Below the pieces are notes generated by a model. It was not told the origin of the DNA, ran no database searches, and saw only the letters and a program-made list of their open reading frames with translations. From positions 143,465 through 207,464 of the forward strand of contig DYJD01000006.1 of assembly GCA_020723325.1 (NCBI GenBank): a DNA stretch of 64,000 bases. Reading direction: 5' to 3'. Below are positions 37,488 to 46,999 of this stretch, one piece after another (position 1 is the first letter of the stretch; every line of letters starts with the position of its first letter). The translations under genes and the position numbers were made by a program. Source of the stretch: Desulfosudis oleivorans (GTDB taxonomy: Bacteria > Desulfobacterota > Desulfobacteria > Desulfobacterales > SURF-7).

Positions 37488-37522
37488 GGGGAGCGCCATA
37501 CAAAAGCGCTCCCCCTTTTTTT
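37488..37522 (+). terminator. Rho-independent terminator after dsrP
   Basis: ggggagcgc-catacaaaa-gcgctcccc followed by cttttttt. A second hairpin gcggcgac-gt-gtcgccgc lies at 37528-37545. Confidence 0.8.
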
Positions 37523-37600
37523 GGAGTGCGGCGACGTGTCGCCGCTTTAAAAAGCGCCGTCATGCCGGCGCACTCCAAAAACCGTGAGCCTGGCGAAAGT

Positions 37601-38821
37601 ATGCAAACAGACCAAAGCCCCTTTGCAAAACGCATCAAACGCCGGATTATCGGCCGCACCCATGGGTTTTTTGCCCAAACAGCACCGGGGCTTGAGGGGC
37701 TTTGCCAGGCGGAACTCAATGGCCCCCTGCTTGGAATTGCAGACACCAGGATAGAAAACGGCGGTGTGCACTTTACCGGCAAGGTGCATGATTGCTATGC
37801 AGCCAACCTGCATCTGCGTACCGCCGGCCGCATCCTGATGCGCGTGGCGCATCTTTCGGCCACAAATTTCCGGCAGCTCTCCCGCAAATTAAAAGAGATT
37901 CCCTGGGATTTGTATCTTCCAGCCACATCACTGCCGGAAGTCCGGGTCAGCGCACGGCAATGCCGCCTCCACCATACAGCCGCCGTTGCCGAATGTTTTC
38001 AGGAAAGCGTTGCCGATTTTATCTCGTCTGCCGCTGAAACAGCCGGGCGGCCTCAGGACCAAGCCGAACCGGCTCAAATATTCATTCGGGGTGAAGGGGA
38101 TGAATTCCTGATTTCCCTGGACAGCAGTGGCGCCCTGCTTTACAAACGCGGCATCAAGACCCACGGCGGCCGGGCCCCTCTGCGGGAAACCCTGGCAGCC
38201 GCCGTTTTGATTCTCTCTGGTTATGACGGAAGTCAATTCCTGCTGGATCCCATGGGCGGCTCCGGCTCTTTTGCCCTGGAGGCGGCCATGATTGCCCGGC
38301 GCGTTCCAGCCGGCTGGCACCGCACCTTTGCCTTTATGCAATGGCCGTGCTTCCGTCCCCAACGCTGGGAGAGTATCCGCAGGGAAGCGGAACAGATTTT
38401 CGCCCCTGCCCCGCCTGTGCCGAAAATCTGGAGCGCTGATAAGGATGAAAATTCTTGCCGGATGCTAGGGCAAGTTGTTGCGGATTTCGGGTTCAGGGAA
38501 ACCATTCACGTACACTGCCGGGATTTTTTTGATTGGGATTCGCTGGAAATCTCGGCCGGCATGGGGCTGGGAGAAGATCGGAGCGGCTCCGGTCTGATTG
38601 TATTGAATCCTCCCTATGGCCTGCGCTTGGGCCATGAAGGCGAAAGCAAAAAGCTGATCAAGGCTGTCCTGGACAAGCTGGCTGCTGATTTCCGCGGCTG
38701 GCGCTTTGCCCTGATCGCGCCGCCGCCCAACCTGCCGCAAAAAATCCACCTGAAATACAACTTATATAATATCCAGCATGGCGGCTTGTGGCTGAGTCTG
38801 CTGCTAGGCAGTGTGCCATAG
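37601..38821 (+). CDS. THUMP-domain class I SAM-dependent RNA methyltransferase (RlmL/UPF0020-like)
   Basis: The ORF is trimmed to the ATG at 37601 (MQTDQSPFAKRIKRRIIGRTHGFFAQTAPGLE). SAM motif LLDPMGGSGSFALEAA, catalytic VLNPPYG. Confidence 0.8.
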   Translation: MQTDQSPFAKRIKRRIIGRTHGFFAQTAPGLEGLCQAELNGPLLGIADTRIENGGVHFTGKVHDCYAANLHLRTAGRILMRVAHLSATNFRQLSRKLKEIPWDLYLPATSLPEVRVSARQCRLHHTAAVAECFQESVADFISSAAETAGRPQDQAEPAQIFIRGEGDEFLISLDSSGALLYKRGIKTHGGRAPLRETLAAAVLILSGYDGSQFLLDPMGGSGSFALEAAMIARRVPAGWHRTFAFMQWPCFRPQRWESIRREAEQIFAPAPPVPKIWSADKDENSCRMLGQVVADFGFRETIHVHCRDFFDWDSLEISAGMGLGEDRSGSGLIVLNPPYGLRLGHEGESKKLIKAVLDKLAADFRGWRFALIAPPPNLPQKIHLKYNLYNIQHGGLWLSLLLGSVP

Positions 38822-38846
38822 ACAAGCAGAATGCTTTCAAAAGTTC

Positions 38847-38884
38847 AGCCCCCGTTTATCCTTTAAAATGGGAAAACGGGGGCT
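38847..38884. terminator. Hairpin between convergent genes (putative bidirectional terminator)
   Basis: agcccccgttt (38847-38857) pairs with aaacgggggct (38874-38884), an 11-bp stem. A T-run follows only in the minus-strand sense. Confidence 0.5.
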
Positions 38885-38890
38885 CTATGA

Positions 38891-41200
38891 TTAGAATATG
38901 GTGGTGATAAAGCAATTATCACTTAATTCTGGGGAGCTGCCGGTGCTTGGTGTAGTGGCTTGGGTGTCGGAAAAAGCCAGAACAGTAAGACCGCCTTTGT
39001 TGTCTGCCACGATTGCATTAGTGCCGGGTTCATTTACAGCAATTTCCGTGGAATTACCAACAGTATTATAAGCCCAACCAGTAACTTCTGTAGGAGATAG
39101 GGGGGCGGTGACATCTATTGTTATAACCCCGCCAGTCCCATCTGCAATATATGCATAGGTCTTTTGACTTGGGTTAAGAGACCCAGCCGGCTGGCTGACC
39201 CAGATCCCGCAGGCGTCAGTAGTGCGGAAAGTTGTTTTAATGGAGGGGTTGATGGGATTTTGGATATCGATAATTTGAACCCCTTCAGCTCCATCCGCTA
39301 CGAATGCATAGTTTCCCCAAATGGCCACGGCTTTGGCATCTCCAGGTGTATCTATTCCTCCGGTGACTCGCAGATTTTCTTTGTCAGAGCTGTCGATAAC
39401 TTGCAGTCCCGCGCTTCCTGCCGCGACATAGATGTAATTACCGGTATCAAACAGGTCTTTTGCAGTTCCAGAGATACGGGCAGGCTCTCCCTTTATAACC
39501 GGATTTGCTTTATTTTCTACGTTGATGGACCGAACCCCGTTGGTCCCATCGGCAACGAAGATGTATTTGACCAAGCTACCGGCTGTATCAATAGCCTGGG
39601 CCTGGTTCAGGCCTTGATCAGCCAATGTGCTGGTATTCAACCGGGAGGAAATATGTTTTTTGTCGTCTACATTGTAGATCAGCAAGCCGTTGCTGCCGTC
39701 GGCAATGAATGCATAAACATGATAAAGACCGCTTTCATTTACTTCTCTTACGAAAACATCTCTGGCTTCACCCGGCAGAGTTGTGTGGCTTTGCATGTTG
39801 ATATTGCTGAATTCCGTGTTGAGAATTCCGCCGACCTGGGCAAATTGAAGAATCCGCAAGGAATTGTTAAGACCGACGGATTCAAGGGAATAGACATATA
39901 GATTTGTATCATTGGTATGCGATTCCTGGTAGAGGTAGAATTTATTACAATTGGCCGGCAGATCGCTTTGGGTTGCAAGCGAAACAGGTGATGCCGGTGT
40001 GGTGGCATCCAGCTTTGTAATACCTGTTTCATGATCAACCATGTATATGCTGGAGCTGCTATTGCAAACGCTGTAGGCATCGGCAATGGCGGAATTGTAA
40101 ACCCCCTCTAATACAGGTGCCTCTTTATTAACGATATTAATTATTCTAAGACCGGATTCAACATTTCTGATTTGCTTGTCGTTGCCTTGGTTGTCCTTAG
40201 AGGGTTTCCAGCCGGAATCTATTGTTTTCATATAAGACAAACCATCCGGCGTCAGGCTGTCAATGATGTAAGCATAGGCAAAGTTATCAGACAGGGCAAT
40301 GCTGGCGGCCATTGCAGGATTATTGATTGTTTTGGAGTTATTATCCAGCACATCGGTGCCGTCTGTGTATTTCATGATTCCGTTGTAATTTTCATAAGGA
40401 TCTATTTTCCAATCCTTATCAGCCAGGGCGGCAATCCACAACCCATAGCTGCCGCCGGCCATGAAAGCGTGGTCCCCGCTGATCATGATATCCAGACCGG
40501 TCAAGGTGGCAGCCCAGTAAGTGCCTTGGGGATTGACCGGATTGGATACGTCAAATTTCATCAATCCATTGACATAATCCGCTACGTAAGCGTTTGACCC
40601 TGAAACGGCAATGCCGCGGGCTTCGGTAAAGGTAACGAATCCGCCCGGCAGATCCGCGGCGCCGCGGCGGCTCATGGCACCGCTGCCGGAGGCATTGACA
40701 ATTTCCACACCGGACATCACTGTGCTGTTGGGTATGACTTTGGTGTAGGCAACATAGGCGTTGCCGCCGGAAAGATGTACGCCCCTGGAGGTGGGCAGGA
40801 TCAAGTCTGTTTTGCTGTTGTCATCGCTATATTCACTGTAATCTTTTCCCTTTACGATATAATTCGTAGGAGTTATCTCCAGATTGTTGGTATCGATCCG
40901 ATATAAGCCGCTGTGGCCGCTGGTGACGAAAAGATAACCGGTGGCAGAATCATAGTAAAGGCCGGTTATGCCTTCGGATGTTTCAATGGCAATATCCGTA
41001 TGGTCTATTGCCAGAGTGTTTTTATCGTAGACCCGGATTATATTACCCAATCCAAGGAAAAGATGCGTTGAATCCGTTGCCACAGCCTTGGCAGCGTTGA
41101 AAGGCCAGCGATTGGAAAAGGTCGTCTTTTTTTCCGCCAGGGCAGTGGCGGCAAAGGCGAAAAAGAACAGTGTAAAAAGCAGCGCGGTTTTTGCTTTCAT
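38891..41200 (-). CDS. Secreted LVIVD-repeat beta-propeller protein
   Basis: Signal peptide MKAKTALLFTLFFFAFAATALA. Repeated units include NYAFVADGAEGVQIIDIQNPINP, NYIYVAAGSAGLQVIDSS, KYIFVADGTNGVRSINVENKANP and NAYVADYVNGLMKFDVSNPVNP. Confidence 0.8.
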   Translation of the reverse strand: MKAKTALLFTLFFFAFAATALAEKKTTFSNRWPFNAAKAVATDSTHLFLGLGNIIRVYDKNTLAIDHTDIAIETSEGITGLYYDSATGYLFVTSGHSGLYRIDTNNLEITPTNYIVKGKDYSEYSDDNSKTDLILPTSRGVHLSGGNAYVAYTKVIPNSTVMSGVEIVNASGSGAMSRRGAADLPGGFVTFTEARGIAVSGSNAYVADYVNGLMKFDVSNPVNPQGTYWAATLTGLDIMISGDHAFMAGGSYGLWIAALADKDWKIDPYENYNGIMKYTDGTDVLDNNSKTINNPAMAASIALSDNFAYAYIIDSLTPDGLSYMKTIDSGWKPSKDNQGNDKQIRNVESGLRIINIVNKEAPVLEGVYNSAIADAYSVCNSSSSIYMVDHETGITKLDATTPASPVSLATQSDLPANCNKFYLYQESHTNDTNLYVYSLESVGLNNSLRILQFAQVGGILNTEFSNINMQSHTTLPGEARDVFVREVNESGLYHVYAFIADGSNGLLIYNVDDKKHISSRLNTSTLADQGLNQAQAIDTAGSLVKYIFVADGTNGVRSINVENKANPVIKGEPARISGTAKDLFDTGNYIYVAAGSAGLQVIDSSDKENLRVTGGIDTPGDAKAVAIWGNYAFVADGAEGVQIIDIQNPINPSIKTTFRTTDACGIWVSQPAGSLNPSQKTYAYIADGTGGVITIDVTAPLSPTEVTGWAYNTVGNSTEIAVNEPGTNAIVADNKGGLTVLAFSDTQATTPSTGSSPELSDNCFITTIF

Positions 41201-41310
41201 GATGTTTCCTTATTTTAAATGATTAAATTTTTCGCCAGAATAATAATTCATCCTCGAAAAGTCAAACGGAATAGCAGCACCAGAGATTCGATGCCAAGGC
41301 AATTTGTTTT

Positions 41311-41373
41311 TAATTTTAATAATTCGAATTTGTTTCGTATTTCGAAATTCGAATTTCGAATTTTTCAAATCGG
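41311..41373. repeat. TTCGAA/TTTCG-rich A/T-phased intergenic element, copy B
   Basis: taattttaataattcgaatttgtttcgtatttcgaaattcgaatttcgaatttttcaaatcgg. Homologous to copy A at 28711-28764. It lies ~56 nt upstream (minus sense) of a TTGACT box preceding the LVIVD gene. Confidence 0.65.
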
Positions 41374-41505
41374 CCGGAACAAAGATCAAGGCTGCAAGAG
41401 TTCCTGATATTATATGGATGACTTCAGGGTTGATTTTTCCTTAAAATATTGTAATTATTATCGCTGATCACAGTTCAAAAAAATCCCTATTTCGTGGAGA
41501 AGAAT

Positions 41506-43035
41506 ATGGATTGTCCAAAATGTGGTTATGAGCATGCGCCGGAAGCCGTCAAGTGCCAAATGTGCGGATTGGATTTTATATTGTGGGAGCGCCAGCAGGC
41601 TGAGAAGAAAATCCTGGCTGAACGTTACAAGCAAAATTCTACGGACATGGGCGAACTGCAAATGGAAGGGGGGCTCGATACCGGCGAAGGCGGGATTCCA
41701 TCAGGAAAAAAAGCCGTTTCTGAAAAAAAAATAGTAGGCAAATGCCCGAAATGCAGTTATCCCCGCCGTGAGCAGGATTTGGATTGCCCCAATTGCGGCG
41801 TGATTTACGAGAAACACGAGCAGCTTTTGTCCAAGCAACAAGAGGAATTTGAAGCCCAAAAAAAGGAGGAGAAGCGCCGTTTTGCCGAGGAGCGGGCCAG
41901 GATTCAGCAGCAGGCCGAAAAAGGAATGGCCAAAGAGCGGGCCAGGCGTGAAAAGGAAGCCCTGCGGAAAACAGCGGAGATGAAGGCCTTGACAAATCGG
42001 GCCCTAAGAAAAGAAAAGCGGGCGGAGCAGATCAAACATGCCGCGGAACGGACCAAGCTTGTTGCGGAAAAAATAAAAAAATTGAAAATGCCCAAGGGAC
42101 TGACGGCAAAGCTATTGACGGGACTGGTGGTGATCGCTTTGGTTTGGGGCGCCGTGGCCTGGATGCTGCATTTGCAGGACAATGCGCGGCAACGACGCTT
42201 GCAGGCAAAACAGGAAAAGGCTTTGCGAAAAATTTCCGAAGAGCAGCAGCGGATCGCCACGCGCTTTCGGGAAAACAAAATCGAGATAGTCAATTATTTA
42301 TGCGCCCTGATTGATGGAAGAAAATTTGCGTTTTTTGAGGAAGAAATCCAGCGTTATACCATTCCGCCTCTTCAAGGGGAACTGAATGGTGTCAACCAAT
42401 ATCTGGAAGAAATAAAACTTTTCGATACAACCAAAGGATTTCCGGAGGATGCCAATCAGCCGAATTTTGATGCTTTTCTAAAATTGAGCCAAATGAGCCC
42501 GCAAAATCGGTTTTACGCTGAAAAATTGGCCCTGTATCGAAAAAAATACGCAGAGGAAAATTTCCGTTGTGTTAATGAATTTCTGAAAAAAAAGAATCCT
42601 TTTCGAACCGAATTCCAGACCGCCATGGCCTGTATGACCAAAGCAGTGGAGTTGGAAGGGAATAAGGAACCATATGACAAGGCCATGGTGGAATTGAAAA
42701 AAGCGGAACTGCTGTTTTTTGACGGAAATGAAAAAGTGCAAATGGCGGTGCGTAATGACGGGGTTACGCCCGGTGCAACCGGCGGCCAGCGCAAACTGTT
42801 TGTCTGGATTAAAAATGTCGGTCAGGATTCATTCATTGTGAATGTGGATTTTTTCACAATGGTTGGAAAGGACGATAAGGAGTATAAATTCAATAATTTT
42901 TCAAAAGAACTGGTGACCGAGGTAAAACCGGGGGACCAGGCCCAGGGCAATATTCTTTTCTATACCCGGGTTGAGCCCAAGGAGCTGATCTTTGCCCATG
43001 TCAATGCCGGCACCATCTCTCGCAGGTTTCCCTGA
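41506..43035 (+). CDS. Double zinc-ribbon, coiled-coil, single-pass membrane protein with DUF4352-like C-terminal domain
   Basis: Starts at the ATG at 41506, after GGAGAA. CPKCGYEH..CQMCG and CPKCSYPRREQDLDCPNCG. A Lys/Glu/Arg-rich coiled coil and a TM segment (LLTGLVVIALVWGAVAWML) follow. The C-terminal beta-rich segment reads KLFVWIKNVGQDSFIVNVDFFTMVGKDDKEYKF..GNILFY. Confidence 0.65.
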   Translation: MDCPKCGYEHAPEAVKCQMCGLDFILWERQQAEKKILAERYKQNSTDMGELQMEGGLDTGEGGIPSGKKAVSEKKIVGKCPKCSYPRREQDLDCPNCGVIYEKHEQLLSKQQEEFEAQKKEEKRRFAEERARIQQQAEKGMAKERARREKEALRKTAEMKALTNRALRKEKRAEQIKHAAERTKLVAEKIKKLKMPKGLTAKLLTGLVVIALVWGAVAWMLHLQDNARQRRLQAKQEKALRKISEEQQRIATRFRENKIEIVNYLCALIDGRKFAFFEEEIQRYTIPPLQGELNGVNQYLEEIKLFDTTKGFPEDANQPNFDAFLKLSQMSPQNRFYAEKLALYRKKYAEENFRCVNEFLKKKNPFRTEFQTAMACMTKAVELEGNKEPYDKAMVELKKAELLFFDGNEKVQMAVRNDGVTPGATGGQRKLFVWIKNVGQDSFIVNVDFFTMVGKDDKEYKFNNFSKELVTEVKPGDQAQGNILFYTRVEPKELIFAHVNAGTISRRFP

Positions 43036-43045
43036 TTAAGAGTGG

Positions 43046-44821
43046 TTAATCGACAAACAACTCCTGCCCTGGAAAGATCCTGCTGTTCCCGTTCATTTTA
43101 TTAATAGATAATAATTGCGCCAGGGACATCTTGTGTTTTGTGGCGATGCTGAAGGCGGTGTCGCCTTGTTTGACCTGGTACATCTTGGCCGGTTTGGCTT
43201 TGGGGGCTGTTCCGGCCTTACCCGGGATTTTCAGGACCTGGCCGATGACAATGCTGTTGTCGGATGAAAGCCTGTTCATTTCTTTGATCCCATGGGTGGT
43301 GGTATTGTACCGTTTGGCGATATTCCAGAGGGAGTCCCCGCTTCTGACCGTATGGGTTCCGGTGTTGCGTTTATCCGTGGGCGGCGGCGCCGGTATTTCC
43401 TGGGGTACTTCAGCGCCGGGGCCAGGGATTCTGATCGAGTCGCCCGGGGTGAGGGCGCAGCGCCGGTTGAGGTTATTAGCCTGGGCAATGGCCTTTGGAC
43501 TGATATTGTATTTCATGGCGATGCTGGAGAGCGTCTGGCCGCGCTGGATCTTGTGATAAACATATTCGTTTTGCGGAGGTGTTTGAGCAATAGGGATCTC
43601 TTCGATTTTGGAAAGGAGGAACTCGCCTTTGCCCAGCGGGATCCGCAGGGGGTATGGGTCCGGCGGCAGCAGTTGCTGGCGCAGTTCCGGATTGAGCTGG
43701 GTCAATTCGTTCAGGCTCAGGTCGGTTGCCGCGGCTATCTGATCAAGGCTGACGGATCTTGAAATCTCAATGGTTTCAAAGTCCATGGGCGGGTCCACTT
43801 CGATTTCATCCATTCCGTATTTCTTCAGATTACCCACGATATGAAGGGTTGCCAGGAATTGGGGCACGTAGCCGGCGGTTTCCTGGGGCAGACGATCGTA
43901 AAGGTCCCAAAAATTGTCCAGATAATTGACATTCTGGGTTCGGATGGTTTGCAGAACCCGGCTTTCACCACAGTTATAGGCAGCCAGAACCGTTGTCCAA
44001 TCACCAAAAATATCGTGCAATTCCTTTAGATAGGCAATGGCGGCATGGGTGGCTTTGATGGGATCCAGGCGCTCGTCGATATAGGTATCCCGGTTCAAGC
44101 CGAATTTTGAGCCGGTGGAGGGGATGAATTGCCAAAGCCCCAAGGCCCTGGCTTTGGATAGCGCCCGGGTTTTAAAGCCGCTTTCAATCAAGGGCAGCCA
44201 GGACAGGCTTTCCGGCAGACCGGCGGCCTTGAGTTGCTCGATTATATAAGGTCGGTACCGGCCGGAGCGTCGATAGGCAGCGATGAAAAAATCACGCAAC
44301 TTGGCGTTTGTGGTAAAGCGGTCGATTTCATCTTGAACATATTGATTGACCGTAAGGGGAATGGCCCGGTGAAAACCATTGGCCACCACGTGCCTGGAAG
44401 CATAGATTTCCAGAATCCGTTTTGAAATCAGAAAGCGCAGATCTTCTTTTTGTTGAAACAGTCGGAGGTCGTCATTCGCGTCGACTTCCAGGATGGCGGC
44501 ATAAGCCTCATCAAGGGTTTGCAGGGCGTTGTCCAATTCCCCCTTATGCCAGAAATTTTGGGCAAGGTGGCATAAATCCAGGGCCCGGTCAAGGGTCGGG
44601 TTCAAACTGCCGGCGTTGGGATGAAGGCATTCATAACCGCGGCCGTTTTCCGGGGTTGAACTGTCTATCTCGCTCTTTTCTATTTCGTTTTCGGCAACTG
44701 TCGCCGGCTGGCGGGGTTCGGAGCGGGCAGTTGCGACAGTGGGTTTTGGTTGTTGAAGATGGCAAGCCGATAGAAACAGGCACAAACAAACGGCAATCAG
44801 GAATCGAAAATAAATGGTCAT
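43046..44821 (-). CDS. mltD: Membrane-bound lytic murein transglycosylase D-like (SLT domain plus 3 LysM)
   Basis: Lipoprotein-like N-terminus (LFLSAC). SLT catalytic region LPLIESGFKTRALSKARALGLWQFIPSTG. Three LysM repeats (YHKIQRGQTLSSIAMKY.., HTVRSGDSLWNIAKRY.., YQVKQGDTAFSIATKH..). Confidence 0.88.
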   Translation of the reverse strand: MTIYFRFLIAVCLCLFLSACHLQQPKPTVATARSEPRQPATVAENEIEKSEIDSSTPENGRGYECLHPNAGSLNPTLDRALDLCHLAQNFWHKGELDNALQTLDEAYAAILEVDANDDLRLFQQKEDLRFLISKRILEIYASRHVVANGFHRAIPLTVNQYVQDEIDRFTTNAKLRDFFIAAYRRSGRYRPYIIEQLKAAGLPESLSWLPLIESGFKTRALSKARALGLWQFIPSTGSKFGLNRDTYIDERLDPIKATHAAIAYLKELHDIFGDWTTVLAAYNCGESRVLQTIRTQNVNYLDNFWDLYDRLPQETAGYVPQFLATLHIVGNLKKYGMDEIEVDPPMDFETIEISRSVSLDQIAAATDLSLNELTQLNPELRQQLLPPDPYPLRIPLGKGEFLLSKIEEIPIAQTPPQNEYVYHKIQRGQTLSSIAMKYNISPKAIAQANNLNRRCALTPGDSIRIPGPGAEVPQEIPAPPPTDKRNTGTHTVRSGDSLWNIAKRYNTTTHGIKEMNRLSSDNSIVIGQVLKIPGKAGTAPKAKPAKMYQVKQGDTAFSIATKHKMSLAQLLSINKMNGNSRIFPGQELFVD

Positions 44822-45069
44822 AAGGCGGAACAGGAAGGCGTGGTAAAAGGAATCAACGCGCCACGCACAAGTCGGGAAATGTTGATGGCAGTGTGCAATT
44901 TGGTCCGTAATTACTGCAGTAACAGGTTTAACTTCAAGTATCGATGATCATCAGGCAGTTGCCGGTAAATATTTTAGTTGAACAAGATAAGAATGGCAAG
45001 CATTGTTTGTTGATTCTGCTAGAAAAATCTGTTAAAGAAGATTTTTTACATTCGGCAAGAAAAAGATTC

Positions 45070-45099
45070 TTGACAAGGCCGACGGCTTTTGCCTATAAG
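45070..45099 (+). promoter_or_regulatory. Sigma70-like promoter of the tRNA-tuf operon
   Basis: TTGACA (45070-45075), 18-nt spacer, TATAAG (45094-45099). An A/T-rich UP-like tract lies upstream. Confidence 0.55.
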
Positions 45100-45133
45100 T
45101 ACTGATTTGTTGACCGTCAGTTTTGGTGTTTGG

Positions 45134-45210
45134 GCCAACGTAGCTCAGCTAGGCAGAGCAACTGATTTGTAATCAGTAGGTCGTGGGTTCGATTCCCTCC
45201 GTTGGCTCCA
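45134..45210 (+). tRNA. tRNA-Thr (anticodon TGT)
   Basis: Manual cloverleaf: acceptor gccaacg/cgttggc, anticodon arm actga-tttgtaa-tcagt, T-loop gggttcgattccc, encoded CCA. Confidence 0.9.
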
Positions 45211-45228
45211 GGCATTAGGGTTTTTTTA

Positions 45229-45314
45229 GGTGGGGTTCCCGAGTGGTCAAAGGGAACAGACTGTAAATCTGTCGGCCGAAGCCTTCGGAGGTTCAAATCC
45301 TCCCCCCACCACCA
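45229..45314 (+). tRNA. tRNA-Tyr (anticodon GTA), long variable arm
   Basis: Acceptor ggtgggg/ccccacc, anticodon arm acaga-ctgtaaa-tctgt, long variable arm cggccgaagccttcg, T arm ggagg-ttcaaat-cctcc, CCA. Confidence 0.9.
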
Positions 45315-45461
45315 TTCTCATCGCAAGTCGAATGCAGGAGATCCCGGCTGTTGAATCGGATCGATGAAACTGCATGACTGCCTGCATGGGAGCCATCAAG
45401 ATTTGATAGCTGCCCAAGTCCTATTGCCCAATGGCGAATGGTGACCTGCGATGACCTTTGA

Positions 45462-45537
<76 letters not shown>

Positions 45538-45596
45538 GATCGGTTATTTGTTCGCCCCGGCAAATTGTGTCGGCCGGGGGTGTGGTCATGGATAAC

Positions 45597-45673
45597 GCCC
45601 ACGTAGCTCAGACGGTAGAGCGCTTCCTTGGTAAGGAAGAGGTTCATCGGTTCGATTCCGATCGTGGGCTCCA
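45597..45673 (+). tRNA. tRNA-Thr (anticodon GGT)
   Basis: Acceptor gcccacg/cgtgggc, anticodon arm cttcc-ttggtaa-ggaag, T-loop cggttcgattccg, CCA. Confidence 0.9.
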
Positions 45674-45773
45674 TACGGAGCATTCGGCACCTTAAGGTCA
45701 ATCCGAAGCGATTTTATGCTGTTTTAGAACGATCTCGTTATTTTTGATGATTAAGATAACTTATTTAATATGG

Positions 45774-46970
45774 GGAGGACGGGAAGATGGCGAAAGCGAA
45801 ATTTGAGCGAACCAAGCCGCATGTCAATGTAGGTACGATCGGTCATATTGATCATGGCAAGACGACGCTGACGGCAGCGATCACGAAGCATGCATCCTTG
45901 CGCGGGAACGCGCAGTATGTGCCTTTTGATCAGATTGACAAGGCTCCGGAGGAGAAGGAGCGCGGGATCACCATTGCCACCGCACATGTGGAGTATCAGA
46001 CGGATAAACGTCATTATGCGCATGTGGATTGTCCTGGTCATGCGGACTATATCAAGAACATGATCACGGGAGCAGCTCAGATGGACGGCGCCATTTTGGT
46101 GGTGGGTGCGGATGACGGCCCCATGCCCCAGACCCGCGAGCATATTCTGCTGGCCCGCCAGGTGGGTGTACCGCGGATAGTGGTGTTTTTGAACAAATGC
46201 GACATGGTGGATGATGAGGAACTGATCGAGCTGGTGGAGCTGGAATTGCGCGAGCTGCTGGACAAGTATGAGTTTCCCGGGGACGAGACCCCCATCATCC
46301 GGGGCAGTGCTTTGAAGGCCTTGGAGAGCGACGATGTGAACAGCGAGGAAGCCAAGCCGATTTTTGCGTTGCTGGATGCGGTGGACTCGTACATACCGGA
46401 GCCGGCCCGTGATATTGAGAAGCCGTTTTTGATGCCCATTGAGGATGTGTTCAGCATTTCCGGCCGCGGCACGGTGGTGACCGGTCGCGTGGAGCGCGGT
46501 ATTATCAAGGTGGGCGAGGAAATCGAGATCGTGGGTCTGCGTCCCACGGCCAAGACGGTGTGCACTGGTGTTGAGATGTTCCGCAAGCTGCTGGATGAAG
46601 GCCGGGCTGGAGACAACGTGGGTTTGTTGCTGCGGGGTACCAAGCGGGATGAAGTTGAGCGCGGTCAGGTGGTGGCGAAACCCGGTTCGATCACGCCGCA
46701 CATGAAGTTCAAGGCGGAAGTGTATGTGTTGAGCAAGGAAGAGGGTGGGCGTCATACGCCGTTTTTCAGTGGGTACCGGCCGCAGTTTTTCTTCCGGACA
46801 ACAGATGTGACGGGGATATTGACGCTGCCCGAGGGAGTGGAGATGGTCATGCCCGGCGACAATGTAACGATCACGGGCGAGCTGATTTCCCCCATCGCCA
46901 TGGAGAAAGAGCTGCGCTTTGCAGTGCGTGAAGGCGGTCGGACGGTGGGTGCCGGTGTCGTAAGTGATAT
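45774..46970 (+). repeat. 1197-bp direct repeat (tuf copy 1), identical to 60479-61675
   Basis: Identity starts at the SD (ggaggacgggaag ATG) and ends 10 nt before the stop. The translations of the overlapping ORFs on both strands are identical between the two loci in the ORF track, so nucleotide identity is inferred. Confidence 0.9.
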
Positions 46971-46980
46971 TATAGAGTAG
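45787..46980 (+). CDS. tuf: Elongation factor Tu (copy 1, tufB-like position after the tRNA cluster)
   Basis: [33 protein letters not shown]..., 397 aa, canonical G1-G5 motifs. Confidence 0.98.
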   Translation: MAKAKFERTKPHVNVGTIGHIDHGKTTLTAAITKHASLRGNAQYVPFDQIDKAPEEKERGITIATAHVEYQTDKRHYAHVDCPGHADYIKNMITGAAQMDGAILVVGADDGPMPQTREHILLARQVGVPRIVVFLNKCDMVDDEELIELVELELRELLDKYEFPGDETPIIRGSALKALESDDVNSEEAKPIFALLDAVDSYIPEPARDIEKPFLMPIEDVFSISGRGTVVTGRVERGIIKVGEEIEIVGLRPTAKTVCTGVEMFRKLLDEGRAGDNVGLLLRGTKRDEVERGQVVAKPGSITPHMKFKAEVYVLSKEEGGRHTPFFSGYRPQFFFRTTDVTGILTLPEGVEMVMPGDNVTITGELISPIAMEKELRFAVREGGRTVGAGVVSDIIE

Positions 46981-46999
46981 CGGCGAAGGGAGTGAGTCG

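Noticed and set aside
38305-38330. TGGCAC...TTGC-like string considered as a sigma-54 promoter.
   Set aside because: The spacing between the GG and GC elements is wrong (7 instead of 5 intervening nt after TGGCAC), and it lies inside the methyltransferase coding region.
45555-45579. GC hairpin ccccggc-N11-gccgggg between tRNA-Gly and tRNA-Thr, considered as an internal terminator.
   Set aside because: It has no U-tract and lies inside a tRNA-tuf operon that is classically co-transcribed. It is more likely a processing-site structure or a coincidence.
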